The notes under the pieces were generated by a model. That model did not search any database. It worked only from the letters and a program-made list of their open reading frames with translations, and was not told the DNA's origin. Both the position numbers and the translations under genes were made by a program. 64,000 nucleotides of DNA from Synechococcus sp. (GTDB taxonomy: Bacteria > Cyanobacteriota > Cyanobacteriia > PCC-6307 > Cyanobiaceae): the NCBI GenBank assembly GCA_047284725.1, contig JBJBEO010000001.1, forward strand, positions 2,104,203-2,168,202. The letters are read 5' to 3'. Positions 50,987 through 63,116 of this stretch are shown here, in pieces; the first letter of the stretch is position 1; every line of letters starts with the position of its first letter.

Positions 50987-53923
50987 GTGTCTGAGGAGAG
51001 CCGGTCTCAGAAAAGCTCGACCCAGGGGAGTGGTCCTGCCAAAGAGGAGCGTCCTTCCTACAAGGAGACCCTCAACCTGCTGCAAACGGGCTTCGGCATG
51101 CGCGCCAACGCCACCAAGCGAGAGCCGCAGCTGCAGGCGTTCTGGAAAGAGCAAGGCATCGATCAGCGCCTCGGCCAGGAGAACAGCGGAGCACCCTTCA
51201 CCCTCCACGACGGGCCTCCTTACGCCAACGGCGCCCTGCACATGGGCCATGCCCTCAACAAGGTACTGAAGGACATCATCAACAAGCATCGGGTGATGCA
51301 AGGCCGACGGGTGCACTACATACCCGGTTGGGACTGCCATGGCCTGCCGATCGAGCTGAAAGTGCTTCAGGGCATGGATCAGGAGCAGCGCAAGGCGCTG
51401 ACCCCGGTGAAGTTGAGGAAAAAAGCTGCTGCCTATGCCCGCAAACAGGTGGATGGGCAGATGGCTGGATTCAAGCGCTGGGGAATCTGGGCCGATTGGG
51501 AGAATCCCTACCTGACCCTTCACAAGGAGTACGAAGCCGCCCAGATCGAGGTGTTCGGCACCATGGCTCTCAAGGGGCACATCTACCGAGGCCTGAAGCC
51601 AGTGCACTGGAGCCCCAGCTCCCGAACAGCCCTGGCAGAAGCCGAACTGGAATATCCCGATAGTCACACCAGTCCAAGCGTGTACGTGGCCTTCCCGGCG
51701 ATTTCTCTGCCGCAGCCGCTGCGCGAAGCCCTCAGCATGCAGGGGCTGGAGCTGCCTGCAGATGGAGCGGCCCTTGGCAACACCCTCAAGGTGGCGATCT
51801 GGACCACGACCCCCTGGACCCTGCCAGCCAACCTGGCGGTCTCGGTCAACGATCGACTCGACTACGCCATCGTTGCTGATGCAGAAGGACAACTGCTGAT
51901 CGTGGCGGCCGAACTTCAGGATGCGCTCGCCCATAAGTTCGAACGATCGCTCGAGCGCAAAGCCGTTGTGAAAGGGGCAGCGCTCGCTGGCCTGCACTAT
52001 CGCCATCCGCTGCTGGAGAGAGAAAGCCCCGTTGTGGTGGGCGGTGACTACATCACCACAGAGTCGGGAACCGGCCTGGTGCACACGGCCCCAGGCCATG
52101 GCGTTGATGACTTCAACACCGGCCGCAAACACGGTTTACCCGTGCTTTGCCCGGTGGACGAGGCCGGCACCCTCACCAACGAAGCGGGGCCCTTTGCCGG
52201 CCTCAATGTGCTCAAGGATGCCAACCCCAGCATTGTTGAAGCGCTGGAGGAAGCGGATGCTCTGCTGAAGCACGAGAGCTACGGCCACCGCTACCCCTAC
52301 GACTGGCGCACCAAGAAGCCAACGATCTTCCGGGCCACAGAACAATGGTTCGCCTCCGTCGAGGGATTCCGCGCCGATGCCCTCGACGCCATCGACCAAG
52401 TGGAGTGGTTGCCCGCGTCCGGGCGCAACCGCATCGAATCAATGGTGGCGGAGCGTGGCGACTGGTGCATCTCACGCCAGCGAACCTGGGGCGTGCCAAT
52501 TCCCGTTTTTTATCACCGCAGCAGCGGTGAAGTCCTGCTCAATGCCGACTCGATCGCGCACATCCAAGCGCTGATCGCCGAGCACGGGGCCGACGTGTGG
52601 TGGGAGAAACAGGAGCGCGATCTGCTCCCCCCAAGCCATCAGGCGGAAGCCGACCAATGGCGCAAAGGCACCGACACCATGGATGTGTGGTTCGACTCTG
52701 GCTCCAGCTGGGCCGCCATCGCCTGCGAGCGGGAGGGGTTGAGCTATCCAGCCGATCTCTACCTCGAGGGATCGGATCAGCACCGTGGCTGGTTCCAGAG
52801 CTCCCTTCTCACCTCCGTGGCGGTGAATGGCCATGCTCCCTACCGCACCGTGCTCACCCATGGCTTCGCCTTGGATGAGAAGGGCCGCAAGATGAGCAAA
52901 TCCCTCGGCAACGTCGTGGATCCGATGGTGATCATCGAAGGCGGCAAGAACCAAAAACAGGAACCGCCCTATGGCGCCGATGTGCTGCGCCTTTGGGTGA
53001 GTTCGGTTGACTACTCCGCCGACGTGCCGATCGGTGCAGGCATCCTGCGCCAGCTGGCCGACGTCTATCGCAAGGTCCGCAACACCTCCCGTTACCTGCT
53101 GGGCAACCTGCACGACTTCGATCCTGCCTGTGATGCCATCGCCATCCAGAAACTACCGGTGCTCGATCGCTGGATGCTGCAACGCACAGCCACGGTGCTC
53201 GACAGCATTTCAGAAGCCTTTGAGAGCTACGAGTTCTTCCGCTTCTTCCAGCTCCTGCAGAACTACTGCGTCAGCGACCTCTCCAACTTCTATCTCGACA
53301 TCGCCAAAGACCGGCTCTATGTCAGCGCTCCCAACGACAAGCGTCGGCGCAGTTGCCAGACGGTGATGGCCCTGATCATCGAACGGTTGGCCGGAGCAAT
53401 CGCGCCCGTGCTCTGCCACATGGCGGAAGACATCTGGCAGAACCTTCCCTATCCGGTCAAGGAGGACTCCGTCTTCCGTCGTGGCTGGCCCACCGTGCCA
53501 AGCAGCTGGCGCAACGACAGCCTGAATGCACCGATGCAGCACCTGCGCGACCTGCGCAGCGCAGTGAACCGCGTGCTTGAGGACTGCCGCGGCCGCCGTG
53601 AGCTCGGAGCGTCCCTGGAGGCCGCCGTGCGTATTGATGTGCGCCAAAGCGAACTGGCGGCCGCCATCACCTGGCTCCAGGAGCACGGACAAGCCGATGT
53701 CGACGGCCTGCACGATTGGCTACTGGTATCCCAGCTCCAACTCGGCGGCGAGCCCTGGGCTGAAGTTCTTGCGAGCGACGACGGAGAACTGGCTCTGATC
53801 GAGGTGGCCCGCTCCCGTGGTCAGAAGTGTGAACGCTGCTGGCACTACGAAAGCGACATCGGCCACCATGCAGAGCATCCAGATCTGTGCGGCCGGTGCA
53901 TCGCAGTACTGGATCGGCGTTAA
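50987..53923 (+). CDS. ileS: Isoleucyl-tRNA synthetase
   Basis: [42 protein letters not shown]-terminal CERCW..C.RC Zn motif. Confidence 0.99.
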   Translation: MSEESRSQKSSTQGSGPAKEERPSYKETLNLLQTGFGMRANATKREPQLQAFWKEQGIDQRLGQENSGAPFTLHDGPPYANGALHMGHALNKVLKDIINKHRVMQGRRVHYIPGWDCHGLPIELKVLQGMDQEQRKALTPVKLRKKAAAYARKQVDGQMAGFKRWGIWADWENPYLTLHKEYEAAQIEVFGTMALKGHIYRGLKPVHWSPSSRTALAEAELEYPDSHTSPSVYVAFPAISLPQPLREALSMQGLELPADGAALGNTLKVAIWTTTPWTLPANLAVSVNDRLDYAIVADAEGQLLIVAAELQDALAHKFERSLERKAVVKGAALAGLHYRHPLLERESPVVVGGDYITTESGTGLVHTAPGHGVDDFNTGRKHGLPVLCPVDEAGTLTNEAGPFAGLNVLKDANPSIVEALEEADALLKHESYGHRYPYDWRTKKPTIFRATEQWFASVEGFRADALDAIDQVEWLPASGRNRIESMVAERGDWCISRQRTWGVPIPVFYHRSSGEVLLNADSIAHIQALIAEHGADVWWEKQERDLLPPSHQAEADQWRKGTDTMDVWFDSGSSWAAIACEREGLSYPADLYLEGSDQHRGWFQSSLLTSVAVNGHAPYRTVLTHGFALDEKGRKMSKSLGNVVDPMVIIEGGKNQKQEPPYGADVLRLWVSSVDYSADVPIGAGILRQLADVYRKVRNTSRYLLGNLHDFDPACDAIAIQKLPVLDRWMLQRTATVLDSISEAFESYEFFRFFQLLQNYCVSDLSNFYLDIAKDRLYVSAPNDKRRRSCQTVMALIIERLAGAIAPVLCHMAEDIWQNLPYPVKEDSVFRRGWPTVPSSWRNDSLNAPMQHLRDLRSAVNRVLEDCRGRRELGASLEAAVRIDVRQSELAAAITWLQEHGQADVDGLHDWLLVSQLQLGGEPWAEVLASDDGELALIEVARSRGQKCERCWHYESDIGHHAEHPDLCGRCIAVLDRR

Positions 53924-53940
53924 AGGAAGCGCAGCAGGAG

Positions 53941-54249
53941 TCAGATCCAGGCGGCCGCATTCAGCAACTGTTCAACAGGAACCGGCCCCACCAGCACGGT
54001 CTCGGTCACGGGATCGTAAGGGCCTTCCAGGAGGCAGGCCTGCTCGATTTGTGCTCCTTCTGGGAGCACGCTCCGATCAGGGTCAAAGGCGGTGGGATGG
54101 GTTGTGCAACTGGTGAAGCCACGAAAGATCAGCAGTTCCAACGGCTCAGGTTCTGCACCATGCACTGGCACCGATCCCTTCAACCGCACCACCCGGCCTG
54201 GATGGTCACGGCTGATCACCTCGAGAGCCAGCAACGCGTCAGAAGTCAC
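53941..54249 (-). CDS. Conserved cyanobacterial hypothetical protein
   Basis: LELLIFRGFTSCTTHPTAFDPDRSVLPEGA...GPYDP, overlapping the upstream gene end. Confidence 0.75.
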   Translation of the reverse strand: MTSDALLALEVISRDHPGRVVRLKGSVPVHGAEPEPLELLIFRGFTSCTTHPTAFDPDRSVLPEGAQIEQACLLEGPYDPVTETVLVGPVPVEQLLNAAAWI

Positions 54250-54850
54250 CGGCCACCCGTCCCTGGCGAGGCAAACGCATCAACAACCACTGCAGCAAAC
54301 CCACCAAATAAGCCACGAGCATCACGTAGCCGAAAAACGCCGCCACTCCCTCATTCCAATCGCCGCCAAAAAGGAAGTCGAACACCCGTTCCAGCACCAC
54401 ATGCAAGCCTTGGGGTGCTTCCAACCAGGCCTTGCAATCGGCTCCCTGCACGGCCATCACGCAGGAGAGACTGCTCACTGCCATGGCAGTGGCAAGCACG
54501 GAGAATCCACTGAGAGCCCAGCGCCAGAGCCGCACAGTGAGGGAGAGGGGATTGCGCAGGGGGCTATCAGCCAGTTCCTCGTTGAGATCCACCCAGAACC
54601 AAACACTCAAGGTCATGAGCACCGGTGCTAAGAGCGCCGTCACAAACCCGAGGGGGCGCTGATCGGTGAGCAGCAGCAGAGTGATCACCAACAAACTGGC
54701 GACCTTCCAGTAAATCGAAAGCAGGCGAGTGATCACCGGCTGACGCCGCACAGACGACCAGATCAACAGCACCAGGGGCAGACCCAGGGCAAAGGTGGCC
54801 CCAAGGCGATAGGTCAGCCACACCAGGCTGCGGTAGGGAAGATCGGGCAC
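54239..54850 (-). CDS. DUF3177-like membrane protein
   Basis: LVWLTYRL, LLSIYWKVASLL, WFWVDLNEEL, RLPRQGRVAG. Confidence 0.8.
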   Translation of the reverse strand: MPDLPYRSLVWLTYRLGATFALGLPLVLLIWSSVRRQPVITRLLSIYWKVASLLVITLLLLTDQRPLGFVTALLAPVLMTLSVWFWVDLNEELADSPLRNPLSLTVRLWRWALSGFSVLATAMAVSSLSCVMAVQGADCKAWLEAPQGLHVVLERVFDFLFGGDWNEGVAAFFGYVMLVAYLVGLLQWLLMRLPRQGRVAGDF

Positions 54851-54919
54851 CGGCGAGGTTCAAGTCGGCGTCATTATCGACGCACACGGCCAGCTCGGCA
54901 GGGTTGGTAAGGTCCAGCC

Positions 54920-56209
54920 ATGGGGGTGTTTTCTCCACGACATTGGTTTCGGTCGCGCCAGGCCCAGGCTCGCTGTCGGATGGCGCTGTCTCGCCAGACA
55001 TCTCTCGACACCGCCGTCAGAGAGGTCAGCCAGGAACTCGGTGCAGCCGCTGCTGATCTGGCCTTGGTGTTTGTCTCCAGCCACTTCGCCAGTGACCTGC
55101 CGCGCCTATTGCCTCAACTGCAGGAACGTCTCAAGGCTGAACACTGGCTGGGCTGCATCGCTGGCGGTGTGGTGGGAACCGGACAGGACGGCAAAGCCCA
55201 CGAACTCGAGCAAACACCAGCTCTGAGCGTGACGTTGCTCAATATGCCAGGTGCCGTGCTGCAGACCTTCGCCGTCGATACAGACACCCTCCCCGACCTG
55301 GATGGCTCCAACGAACACTGGCATCAGTGGTTGGGGCTCGACCCCAGCCCACTGCGTTCGCTCGTGGTGTTGATCGACCCCACCAGCAGCGGCATGAATG
55401 ACCTGATCAGCGGTCTCGACTATGCCTTCCCCATGGCCCCATGCCTGGGGGGGATTGCGGCTCCCCATTCCGCACTGCATGGATCGCTGCTGCAAGGCAA
55501 ATCAGTGTGTAATGGCGCTGTAGGCATCGCCTTGGGCGGCGACTGGACCCTGGAGCCAGCCGTCGCCCAAGGCTGTAAACCGATCGGACCGGTGTTCGCC
55601 ATCGAGCAGGCCGAACGCAATGTGGTGCTGGAACTCAGCCACGACGAGCGCCGAGACACTCCCGTGGCCTGTCTGCAGAGAGTGCTTGCCGATCTCGACG
55701 AGGACGAGCGGGAGCTTGTCAAAGACTCCTTGTTTCTAGGCATCGAACGACGTTCCCTGCCGATGGGTGCCAGCGGTAGCCCGATGCCCAGCAGCGCTTT
55801 TCTGGTGCGCAACCTGATCGGCGTCGATCCCCGCAACGGCGCTGTGGCGGTCGCTGAACGCATCCGGGTTGGCCAGAACGTGCAATTTCACCTTCGTGAA
55901 GCCGAAGCCTCCCGCCAGGAAGCGCGTCAGCTGCTCTGCGAGGCCCGCGAGCGGTGCGACAGTGCGCCCTTGGCCGCCCTGCTGTTCGCCTGTTTGGGGA
56001 GAGGCACTGGCCTTTATGGCAGTGAAGATGGCGATGTCGACATCGCCCGGGCAGTGCTTGGCGACCTGCCGATGGCCGGTGCTTTCTGCAACGGTGAAGT
56101 GGGCCCCCTCGCCGGCAGCACCTACCTGCACGGTTACACCGCCTCCTGGGGACTGCTGCGTCATGCCCCCCTGGCAATGTCGGAGGCTGATCCACCACCC
56201 GCTGCCTGA
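54920..56209 (+). CDS. FIST N/C domain protein
   Basis: [60 protein letters not shown]. Confidence 0.9.
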   Translation: MGVFSPRHWFRSRQAQARCRMALSRQTSLDTAVREVSQELGAAAADLALVFVSSHFASDLPRLLPQLQERLKAEHWLGCIAGGVVGTGQDGKAHELEQTPALSVTLLNMPGAVLQTFAVDTDTLPDLDGSNEHWHQWLGLDPSPLRSLVVLIDPTSSGMNDLISGLDYAFPMAPCLGGIAAPHSALHGSLLQGKSVCNGAVGIALGGDWTLEPAVAQGCKPIGPVFAIEQAERNVVLELSHDERRDTPVACLQRVLADLDEDERELVKDSLFLGIERRSLPMGASGSPMPSSAFLVRNLIGVDPRNGAVAVAERIRVGQNVQFHLREAEASRQEARQLLCEARERCDSAPLAALLFACLGRGTGLYGSEDGDVDIARAVLGDLPMAGAFCNGEVGPLAGSTYLHGYTASWGLLRHAPLAMSEADPPPAA

Positions 56210-56211
56210 CC

Positions 56212-56919
56212 TTGCGCCAGCACGTCAATCCCCTCAGTCGGTTTTTCCAGCTGCCATTGGAGCTGCCTGCCCCTGAGGCTCTGTTCGACGATCCCGGCCG
56301 CCCGATTCACCTCGACATCGGCTCAGCGCGAGGACAGTTCCTGCTCGGACTGGCAGACGTGCAACCGACATGGAACCACCTGGGAGTGGAAATTCGCAGG
56401 CCCCTGGTGGCAGCCGCCCAACGCGAGCGCGACAGCCAGGCCATGCACAACCTCCATTTCCTGTTCTGCAACGCCAATGTGAGCCTGCAGGGCTGGATGG
56501 AAGCACTGCCACCCGATCGCCTGCAGCGGGTATCGATTCAATTCCCCGATCCCTGGTTCAAGAAACGGCACCAAAAGCGACGAGTGCTGCAACCAAGCCT
56601 GCTGCTGGCGATTGCCGCCGCACTGCAACCTGGACGCGAACTGTTCATGCAGAGCGATGTGCTGGAACTGATCGAACCGATGGTGGGCCTCACCGAGCTC
56701 AGTGGTTGCTTCGACAGGCCACAAGGTGATTCCAGGCCCTGGCGAGGCCCCAATCCCCTGCCAGTGCCCACAGAGCGGGAACGGTATGTGCTGGAGCAAA
56801 ACCTGCCCGTGTACCGAGTGCTGTTTCAACGCAACATCAAACCACTGCCAAGCGTTTCAGATCTCGAACGATCCTGGGAACAGATCGATAATCCAGCGGA
56901 GAACACTCCATCTCCGTAA
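56212..56919 (+). CDS. trmB: tRNA (guanine-N7)-methyltransferase
   Basis: [38 protein letters not shown]. Confidence 0.95.
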   Translation: MRQHVNPLSRFFQLPLELPAPEALFDDPGRPIHLDIGSARGQFLLGLADVQPTWNHLGVEIRRPLVAAAQRERDSQAMHNLHFLFCNANVSLQGWMEALPPDRLQRVSIQFPDPWFKKRHQKRRVLQPSLLLAIAAALQPGRELFMQSDVLELIEPMVGLTELSGCFDRPQGDSRPWRGPNPLPVPTERERYVLEQNLPVYRVLFQRNIKPLPSVSDLERSWEQIDNPAENTPSP

Positions 56920-56931
56920 GGGAGCACGCCG

Positions 56932-58275
56932 ATGGCTGATGCGATGGCTGTGCCACTTCTGTTGCGCTGGCAGGGTTGGCTGAGTGCTACAGACGCCCAG
57001 CAACAACGGCTGCAGGCCGTCGCTGGCCTGGTGCTGATGGCCTTGCTTTCCACCCTGCCCGTGATCAGTCGCACGGGATTGGCCCTCATCGTGACGGCCT
57101 GCGGAGCCCTCTGGCTGCTCTGGGCCCTGATCACACCTCCAGGGAAAATCGGCAGCATCAACTCCTGGCTGATGCTGTATCTCGCGATCGCCTTGATCGC
57201 CACTGGATGTTCGCCGGTGCCGATCGCCGCGGCCAAGGGACTGATCAAATTGCTGAGCTACCTCGGGGTCTATGCCCTGCTCAGTCAGCTCCTGCGCCAA
57301 CACCCCGCGTGGTGGGATCGACTCGTCGCGGCGTTGCTGAGCGGCGGACTCCTCAGCAGCATGCTGGCCTTGCGACAGCTCTATGGCCCCACAGAAGAGC
57401 TCGCAGGCTGGGCCGACCCCAACTCCGTGGCCGATGGCACCATCAGGATTTATGGCCCCCTTGGCAATCCCAATCTGCTGGCGGGCTACCTCGTGCCGTT
57501 ACTGCCGCTGGCCTTGGTGGCCATGCTGCGCTGGCGCGGTTTGGGACAACGTCTGTTTGCCGGGTCGACACTAATCATGGCCGCCGCATCCACCCTGTTC
57601 AGCTACAGCCGTGGCGGCTGGCTCGGAATGCTGGCCGCCATCGGGGTGGTGGTTCTCCTGGTGCTGGTGCGCAGCATCCGCCATTGGCCTCCTCTCTGGC
57701 GAAGGCTCCTTCCCATGGCCCTTTTGGTGGTCGCGGTAGCGCTGATCGCTGTGGCCGCCACACAGGTGGAACCCATTCGCACCCGCGTTGCCAGCCTGGT
57801 CGCAGGTCGGGGCGATAGCTCCAACAATTTCCGCATCAACGTGTGGATGGCATCGCTGGCCATGGTGCATGACCGCCCCTGGCTAGGCATCGGCCCCGGG
57901 AATGCCGCCTTCAACAGCATCTACCCGCTTTACCAGCAACCCCGCTTCAATGCGCTCAGCGCCTACTCGGTCCCCCTGGAAATCCTTGTCGAAACAGGTT
58001 TTCCTGGCCTGATCGCCACTATCGGACTGGCCTGGAGCAGCCTGAAACGCGGCCTAGCAGGACTCAAGGGAGAGGGACTGCTGGCCTTACCTCGCCTGGC
58101 CTGCGTCGCCGCCATCGCCGGCCTCGTGGTGCAGGGAGCCACCGACACGATTTTTTTCAGGCCTGAGGTACAGCTGGTCGGTCTGTTCTGCCTTGCCTCC
58201 CTGGCCCAACCCCTGGAGGTCATCGAGCAGCATCACAACGATGCAAGGCCGCCCCGCGAAGGAACGCCGTGCTGA
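56932..58275 (+). CDS. ictB: IctB-family (O-antigen ligase-like) membrane protein
   Basis: RIYGPLGNPNLLAGYL, SRGGW, RGDSSNNFRINVW, GIGPGN.AFN.IYPLYQ, ALSAYS. Confidence 0.92.
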   Translation: MADAMAVPLLLRWQGWLSATDAQQQRLQAVAGLVLMALLSTLPVISRTGLALIVTACGALWLLWALITPPGKIGSINSWLMLYLAIALIATGCSPVPIAAAKGLIKLLSYLGVYALLSQLLRQHPAWWDRLVAALLSGGLLSSMLALRQLYGPTEELAGWADPNSVADGTIRIYGPLGNPNLLAGYLVPLLPLALVAMLRWRGLGQRLFAGSTLIMAAASTLFSYSRGGWLGMLAAIGVVVLLVLVRSIRHWPPLWRRLLPMALLVVAVALIAVAATQVEPIRTRVASLVAGRGDSSNNFRINVWMASLAMVHDRPWLGIGPGNAAFNSIYPLYQQPRFNALSAYSVPLEILVETGFPGLIATIGLAWSSLKRGLAGLKGEGLLALPRLACVAAIAGLVVQGATDTIFFRPEVQLVGLFCLASLAQPLEVIEQHHNDARPPREGTPC

Positions 58276-59243
58276 TCGCTGGATTCGATGCAGGCCAGAC
58301 CCACACGCGATGCCGCCTGCAACGCCTGCTTCAGACAGCATCGGAATCGGCTTCCCAATCGGAAGCGTGGCGCCCCACCACCGTTGGAGAAGGGGAAGGA
58401 AGCGGAGTGTGCCATCTCGAGGCCGCCAACGGGGATGGGCGCTTCTGCAATGCCGTGCTGTCAAGCCTGCAAGCGGCTTTGACAGCAGCGGAACTCCCCC
58501 AGGACTCCAGGCTCGACGCCGCCGTGGTCGGTGCCAGCGGAATTGAACAGGGAACGTCTCTTCAACAGCGGGGTCAGAGGCTGCTGAGCCAAACCCTGCA
58601 GCTGAACGAGCAGCGTGTGCTGGTGACTGGTGATGAACGCACCGCCCTGCATGCCGCCTTCCCTACGGCTGCCGGGATCGTGTTGATCAGCGGCACGGGA
58701 ATGATCTGTCTCGGCCGCAATGAGGGGGGGCATGAACATCGCTGCGGCGGCTGGGGCTGGCGGCTTGATGGAGGCGGCTCTGCCTATGACATCGGCCTGC
58801 ACGGACTGCAGCTCAGCCTGCGCATGGCCGATGGCCGAGTGCCAGAGACTGGCTTGAGACAAGCCCTCTGGACAGCACTCGACTGCAGCAGTGCCGCAGC
58901 GATCAAGGCCCTGGCGGCAGGCACCCACCTCACCGTGGCGGATCTGGCCCGTCTCGCCCCCTTGGTGGAAGCGTCAGCCGCAACAGGAGACCTCCAGGCC
59001 ATGGCCGTGCTTGAACACTCCGCAGCCTGCCTGGCGGCAGCGGTGGTCGCCGTGGCCACACCGCTGGACCTGACCGCACCTGCCATCAGCGGCCATGGGG
59101 GCGCGATGACCCATCTGCCCACATTCCGGAACTTGGTGGAACGGTCTCTCGATCAACGCCTGCAGACCTGGCGGTGGCAACCGGGTGACGCCGATGCCTG
59201 TGATGGCGCCCTGCACCTCGCCCAGGCACTGGTCAGTGCCTGA
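58269..59243 (+). CDS. BadF/BadG-type N-acetylglucosamine kinase-like ATPase
   Basis: AGFDAGQTHT, GIVLISGTG, RCGGWGWRLDGGGS, DG. Confidence 0.85.
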   Translation: MLIAGFDAGQTHTRCRLQRLLQTASESASQSEAWRPTTVGEGEGSGVCHLEAANGDGRFCNAVLSSLQAALTAAELPQDSRLDAAVVGASGIEQGTSLQQRGQRLLSQTLQLNEQRVLVTGDERTALHAAFPTAAGIVLISGTGMICLGRNEGGHEHRCGGWGWRLDGGGSAYDIGLHGLQLSLRMADGRVPETGLRQALWTALDCSSAAAIKALAAGTHLTVADLARLAPLVEASAATGDLQAMAVLEHSAACLAAAVVAVATPLDLTAPAISGHGGAMTHLPTFRNLVERSLDQRLQTWRWQPGDADACDGALHLAQALVSA

Positions 59244-59262
59244 GAGGTCGAGCAATGACCAC

Positions 59263-60663
59263 TCAAGCGTTGAGGTGCTGATCAGCCAGCTGGGCCAGGT
59301 GATGGCTCCAGTGGTCAACATCCCTCTGCTCTGCCGCCTCCACCATCACCCGCAGGAGCGGCTCGGTGCCGCTGGCCCGGACCAACACCCTGCCGCTGCC
59401 CGCCATCGACTCCTCGGCAGCCGACACGGCATCGGTTAAAGGAGCACAGGTCTCCCACCCCGTGCGACGGTGCTTGTCCGGCACGGTGACATTCACCAGC
59501 TTCTGGGGATACGACTGGAAGCTCTGATCACGCCAGGCATCAAGGCTGAGCCGGCGCTGATGGCAGAGGGTGGCGATCTGCAGAGCCGTGAGCACCCCAT
59601 CCCCGGCCAGGCCATGGGCCGACGACAGGATGTGGCCCGACTGCTCTCCACCCAACGCAGCACCGCTGGTCACCATCGCCGCATGCACATGCTGATCGCC
59701 CACGGCCGTTCGCTCCAACACCCCACCACGGGCCTGCCAGGCCCGTTCGAAGCCAAGGTTTGACATCACCGTGGCCACAAGACGCTGATCCGGCAACGCG
59801 CCTTGATCCTGCAGTGCCGAACCCCAGAGGAAGAGCACATGGTCTCCATCGACCACGCGGCCCTGACCATCGACCGCCAGCATCCGATCGGCATCGCCAT
59901 CAAAGGCAAAGCCCATGGCAGCTCCGCTGCGGGTCACCGCCTCGCGCAAAGGGTCGAGATGGGTGGAACCACAACCCACATTGATGAGACGACCATCGGC
60001 GTCTCCATGCAGAACGGTGAGATCGGCTCCCAGGGCCTGGAACACCTCAGCTCCCAGGGCTGTGGCCGATCCCCAGCAGAGATCCAGGACCACCTTTACT
60101 CCCGCCAGCCCATCTCCGGAAACACTGTCCAGCAATGCATCGCGATAGTGCTGCAGCAGCTCAGGGCGGTGATGGGATGGCGCACAGGCCGCATCCATAC
60201 CTGCAGTCGATGAAGAGCCATCGGTCTCGCCCCGCAGACCGGCTTCGATCGCCCGCTGCAGCTCTGGCCGCACCTTGTTGCCATCCGCACCAAACACCTT
60301 GATGCCGTTGTCATGGGGTGGGTTATGGCTGGCTGACACCATCAGCCCCCCCGCGGCACCGCAATGGCGAATCAACTGAGGAACGGCCGGTGTGGCGCAC
60401 AAACCAAGGGTCCAGACCTCTCGGCCAGCGGCCGTGAGGCCAGCCGTTAAGGCCGCCACCACCATGGCGCCACTGCTGCGGGAATCCATACCAATCAACA
60501 CGGGGCCCTGGCGTGGGAACACCCGGCCGCACCAGTAGCCAACCTGTAACGCCAGGGCAGGCGTGATCACCGAGCCGACACGACCGCGTACGCCATCAGT
60601 GCCAAAAGCAGCCTGGGAAGGATGGTGGGGCACACCCAGAGGCGGCGTGACGTGGTCAACCAT
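59263..60663 (-). CDS. glmM: Phosphoglucosamine mutase
   Basis: FGTDGVRG, SASHNP..DNGIK, FDGDADR, TVMSN, GGEQSGH, RASGTEPLLRVMVE. Confidence 0.96.
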   Translation of the reverse strand: MVDHVTPPLGVPHHPSQAAFGTDGVRGRVGSVITPALALQVGYWCGRVFPRQGPVLIGMDSRSSGAMVVAALTAGLTAAGREVWTLGLCATPAVPQLIRHCGAAGGLMVSASHNPPHDNGIKVFGADGNKVRPELQRAIEAGLRGETDGSSSTAGMDAACAPSHHRPELLQHYRDALLDSVSGDGLAGVKVVLDLCWGSATALGAEVFQALGADLTVLHGDADGRLINVGCGSTHLDPLREAVTRSGAAMGFAFDGDADRMLAVDGQGRVVDGDHVLFLWGSALQDQGALPDQRLVATVMSNLGFERAWQARGGVLERTAVGDQHVHAAMVTSGAALGGEQSGHILSSAHGLAGDGVLTALQIATLCHQRRLSLDAWRDQSFQSYPQKLVNVTVPDKHRRTGWETCAPLTDAVSAAEESMAGSGRVLVRASGTEPLLRVMVEAAEQRDVDHWSHHLAQLADQHLNA

Positions 60664-60741
60664 CGAGCTGCGGACAAGAGAGCTGGAGATTAGTCGGCCT
60701 GCCAAGGCGCCACCCCAAACGGTGGATCGAGGCCTGTCTGC

Positions 60742-60945
60742 TCAACGCCAGCGCCTTGGGAACAGCAGCAGCACCACCAGCTCCAACACCGCCCAAGCGC
60801 CCACCAGCAGCACCACCCAACCCGGAAGCCACAACAAAGGCCAGATCCATCGACCACCCCAGAGCAGCAACACCAGAAGCCAAGCCAGGCCGCAACGGCG
60901 ACGCTGAACCTGGCCCGGACGGGGCTCCTGCTTCGGTCTCGCCAT
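60742..60945 (-). CDS. Small membrane hypothetical protein
   Basis: 67 aa with two hydrophobic segments, ending LLLFPRRWR. Confidence 0.55.
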   Translation of the reverse strand: MARPKQEPRPGQVQRRRCGLAWLLVLLLWGGRWIWPLLWLPGWVVLLVGAWAVLELVVLLLFPRRWR

Positions 60946-60959
60946 GCCAGCGCCCGGTG

Positions 60960-63116
60960 ATGGACAACAGAATGACAGCAGTTCCCCTTGGCGGATTGCC
61001 TGAGCATCAACCCCGCGGATTGCTGTTACTCACGGCCTGCGTGGCCGGAAGCCTGGGGCTGATCCTCGGCGGCCAAAGCCTGCAGAGCCGCCTGCAGAGC
61101 CAGCTCACACCAGCAACAGCGCCATCGCGGCTCTGGCGTCACTACCGATGGTCATGGGATCCGGCCCAGCGGCGCGAGGCCGCACTGCTCCTGGCGGCCT
61201 TGGATCGCGAATCACCATCGCGCCGCCAACAGCTTCTGCACGGACAGGGATGGGGCACAACCCCCGTGGCGGCAGCCGTGCTGCTGCAACAGGCCAACAC
61301 CGCAGACCAGCTGGGGCAAAGCGAACTCAGCAGGTCCCGTTGGCAGCAGCTCTGGACACGCTTCCCAGGCAACCCGCTGAGTGCCGATGCGGCGTATCAC
61401 CTCAGCGCTGAAGAGCCGAGCCTCAACGCCGCGCTGCTGACGCGTTTCCCTGCCCACCCTGCGGCCCTGGAACGGGCGGTGCACACAGGAAACGCGCTGC
61501 ATCTGGCCCAGAACGGTCCGGGGCACCCCGGCGCCGAATCCGTGATCCGCGCCGCCTGCCAGGCCAGTGGCACCGAGCCAACTGACCAGGCTGCTGGCCA
61601 GCGGCAGATCTTGGCCCGAGCCCTGGCTGACCTGGGTGATGGTGCCAGCGGCCTGGCTTGTTTACAGGGCGCCACACCACAACCAGCCACTGCCCTGAGC
61701 ATTGGCCGAGCCCTGGTGCGAGGCACCACGGATCAACGAAGACAGGGCGAACAGCTCCTGGTGGCCATGGCCCGCTATGAGGCCGATGCAGAGACCGAGG
61801 ACGAGGACGCAATTCCCAGCACCGAGCGTCTGGAAGCGGCTCGCCTGCTGAGCGAACCCCTGCAACCCGATGCCAGCCTGCTGGCTCAACTGCCACCGTC
61901 CCTGCGGCGTCATTCAGCCGATGTCGCTGCTGCCGAGGTGAGACTCGGGAGCAGGCCAGCCGCCAGCGTGTTTGAGCAATGGCCCCAGCATCCCGCCAGC
62001 TGGCAGCTGCAGTGGGATCTGGCCCGTTCTGATCTGCTCGCCAGGCGCTGGAACCAAGCTGAAGCCTGGCTCCTGGCACTGGATCCAGCCACCCTGCCGG
62101 AACCCCTCGCCGCTCGCCAGCGTTTCTGGCTGGGATTCAGTCAGGTCAAACAGGGCCGCAGCAACGATGCGATGCATCAGTGGACAACCCTGCTGCAACA
62201 GCATCCCCCTGGTTATTACACATGGCGGGCCACCGTTCGCCTAGGGGAGAGTCCAATGGGCACTGGCCTTCGACAGCGTGCCGGCACAAGACTCAACGTC
62301 CCGAGGCTGATGGAGACCAACGCGTCAGCCACCTCTGCAATCTCATCCGCCCAGCCGTGGCAACCCCTCGGCAGCGGCAATTCCTTTGTGGACCTGCTCT
62401 GGCGCCTGGGCATGACGCAAGCCGCCTGGGAGAGCTGGCAAAGCCGGGGCCAATCGGAACGTGATGCCAGCGCTGCTCAGCGCAGCGACACCATGACAGG
62501 CGCTCGCCTGCGGCTTGCCATGGGCGATCGCTGGGGTGGGCTGGATGCACTCTGGCGTGCCAGCCTGCGCCTGATCAACCAAGACTGCAACAGCCAACTC
62601 ACCCTGCACCGCTGGCTACACCCCCTGCCGTTCGAACCGGCCTTTGATGCCGCCGCCACCAACGAGCGCGTGCACGAAGCCCTGCTGCGGGCCATCGCCA
62701 AACAGGAGTCACGTTATTCCACCGGCGTTCGCTCTCCGGTGGGGGCACAAGGGCTGATGCAACTGATGCCTGCCACCGCTGCAGAGATGGCCGGAGGCCA
62801 GGTTGAGCCAGGGGATCTCAAAGATGCGGCAACCAACGCCCGTCTGGGAGCCCGCTACCTCCACCACCTGCTGGAACAGTGGGCTGGCAATCCATGGCTC
62901 ACGGTGGCGAGTTACAACGCGGGGCCGGGAGCCGTAGCTGACTGGCTCAGCGATGAACTGGAACACGACAGCGAGCTCTGGGCAGAACGCATTCCTTATC
63001 CGGAAACCCGGATCTACACCAAAAAAGTGCTCGGCAACCTCTGGGCTTATCTGCAACTGGGGCAAGACCACTGTGCCGATGGCGCGACACAGACAGAACA
63101 GACAGTCAAAGACTGA
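60960..63116 (+). CDS. Soluble lytic transglycosylase (Slt-like)
   Basis: Helical N-terminal region, then AIAKQESRY, GAQGLMQLMPATA, ASYNAGPG, IPYPETRIYTKKV. Start 60960 or 60972. Confidence 0.92.
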   Translation: MDNRMTAVPLGGLPEHQPRGLLLLTACVAGSLGLILGGQSLQSRLQSQLTPATAPSRLWRHYRWSWDPAQRREAALLLAALDRESPSRRQQLLHGQGWGTTPVAAAVLLQQANTADQLGQSELSRSRWQQLWTRFPGNPLSADAAYHLSAEEPSLNAALLTRFPAHPAALERAVHTGNALHLAQNGPGHPGAESVIRAACQASGTEPTDQAAGQRQILARALADLGDGASGLACLQGATPQPATALSIGRALVRGTTDQRRQGEQLLVAMARYEADAETEDEDAIPSTERLEAARLLSEPLQPDASLLAQLPPSLRRHSADVAAAEVRLGSRPAASVFEQWPQHPASWQLQWDLARSDLLARRWNQAEAWLLALDPATLPEPLAARQRFWLGFSQVKQGRSNDAMHQWTTLLQQHPPGYYTWRATVRLGESPMGTGLRQRAGTRLNVPRLMETNASATSAISSAQPWQPLGSGNSFVDLLWRLGMTQAAWESWQSRGQSERDASAAQRSDTMTGARLRLAMGDRWGGLDALWRASLRLINQDCNSQLTLHRWLHPLPFEPAFDAAATNERVHEALLRAIAKQESRYSTGVRSPVGAQGLMQLMPATAAEMAGGQVEPGDLKDAATNARLGARYLHHLLEQWAGNPWLTVASYNAGPGAVADWLSDELEHDSELWAERIPYPETRIYTKKVLGNLWAYLQLGQDHCADGATQTEQTVKD

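Noticed and set aside
50306..52132. 608-aa minus-strand ORF, and similar long shadow ORFs (4365-5759, 24822-26237, 37325-38494)
   Set aside because: They lie antisense to well-supported genes (ileS/ycf66, glsF, radical SAM, sat). Stop-codon scarcity in high-GC DNA explains them.
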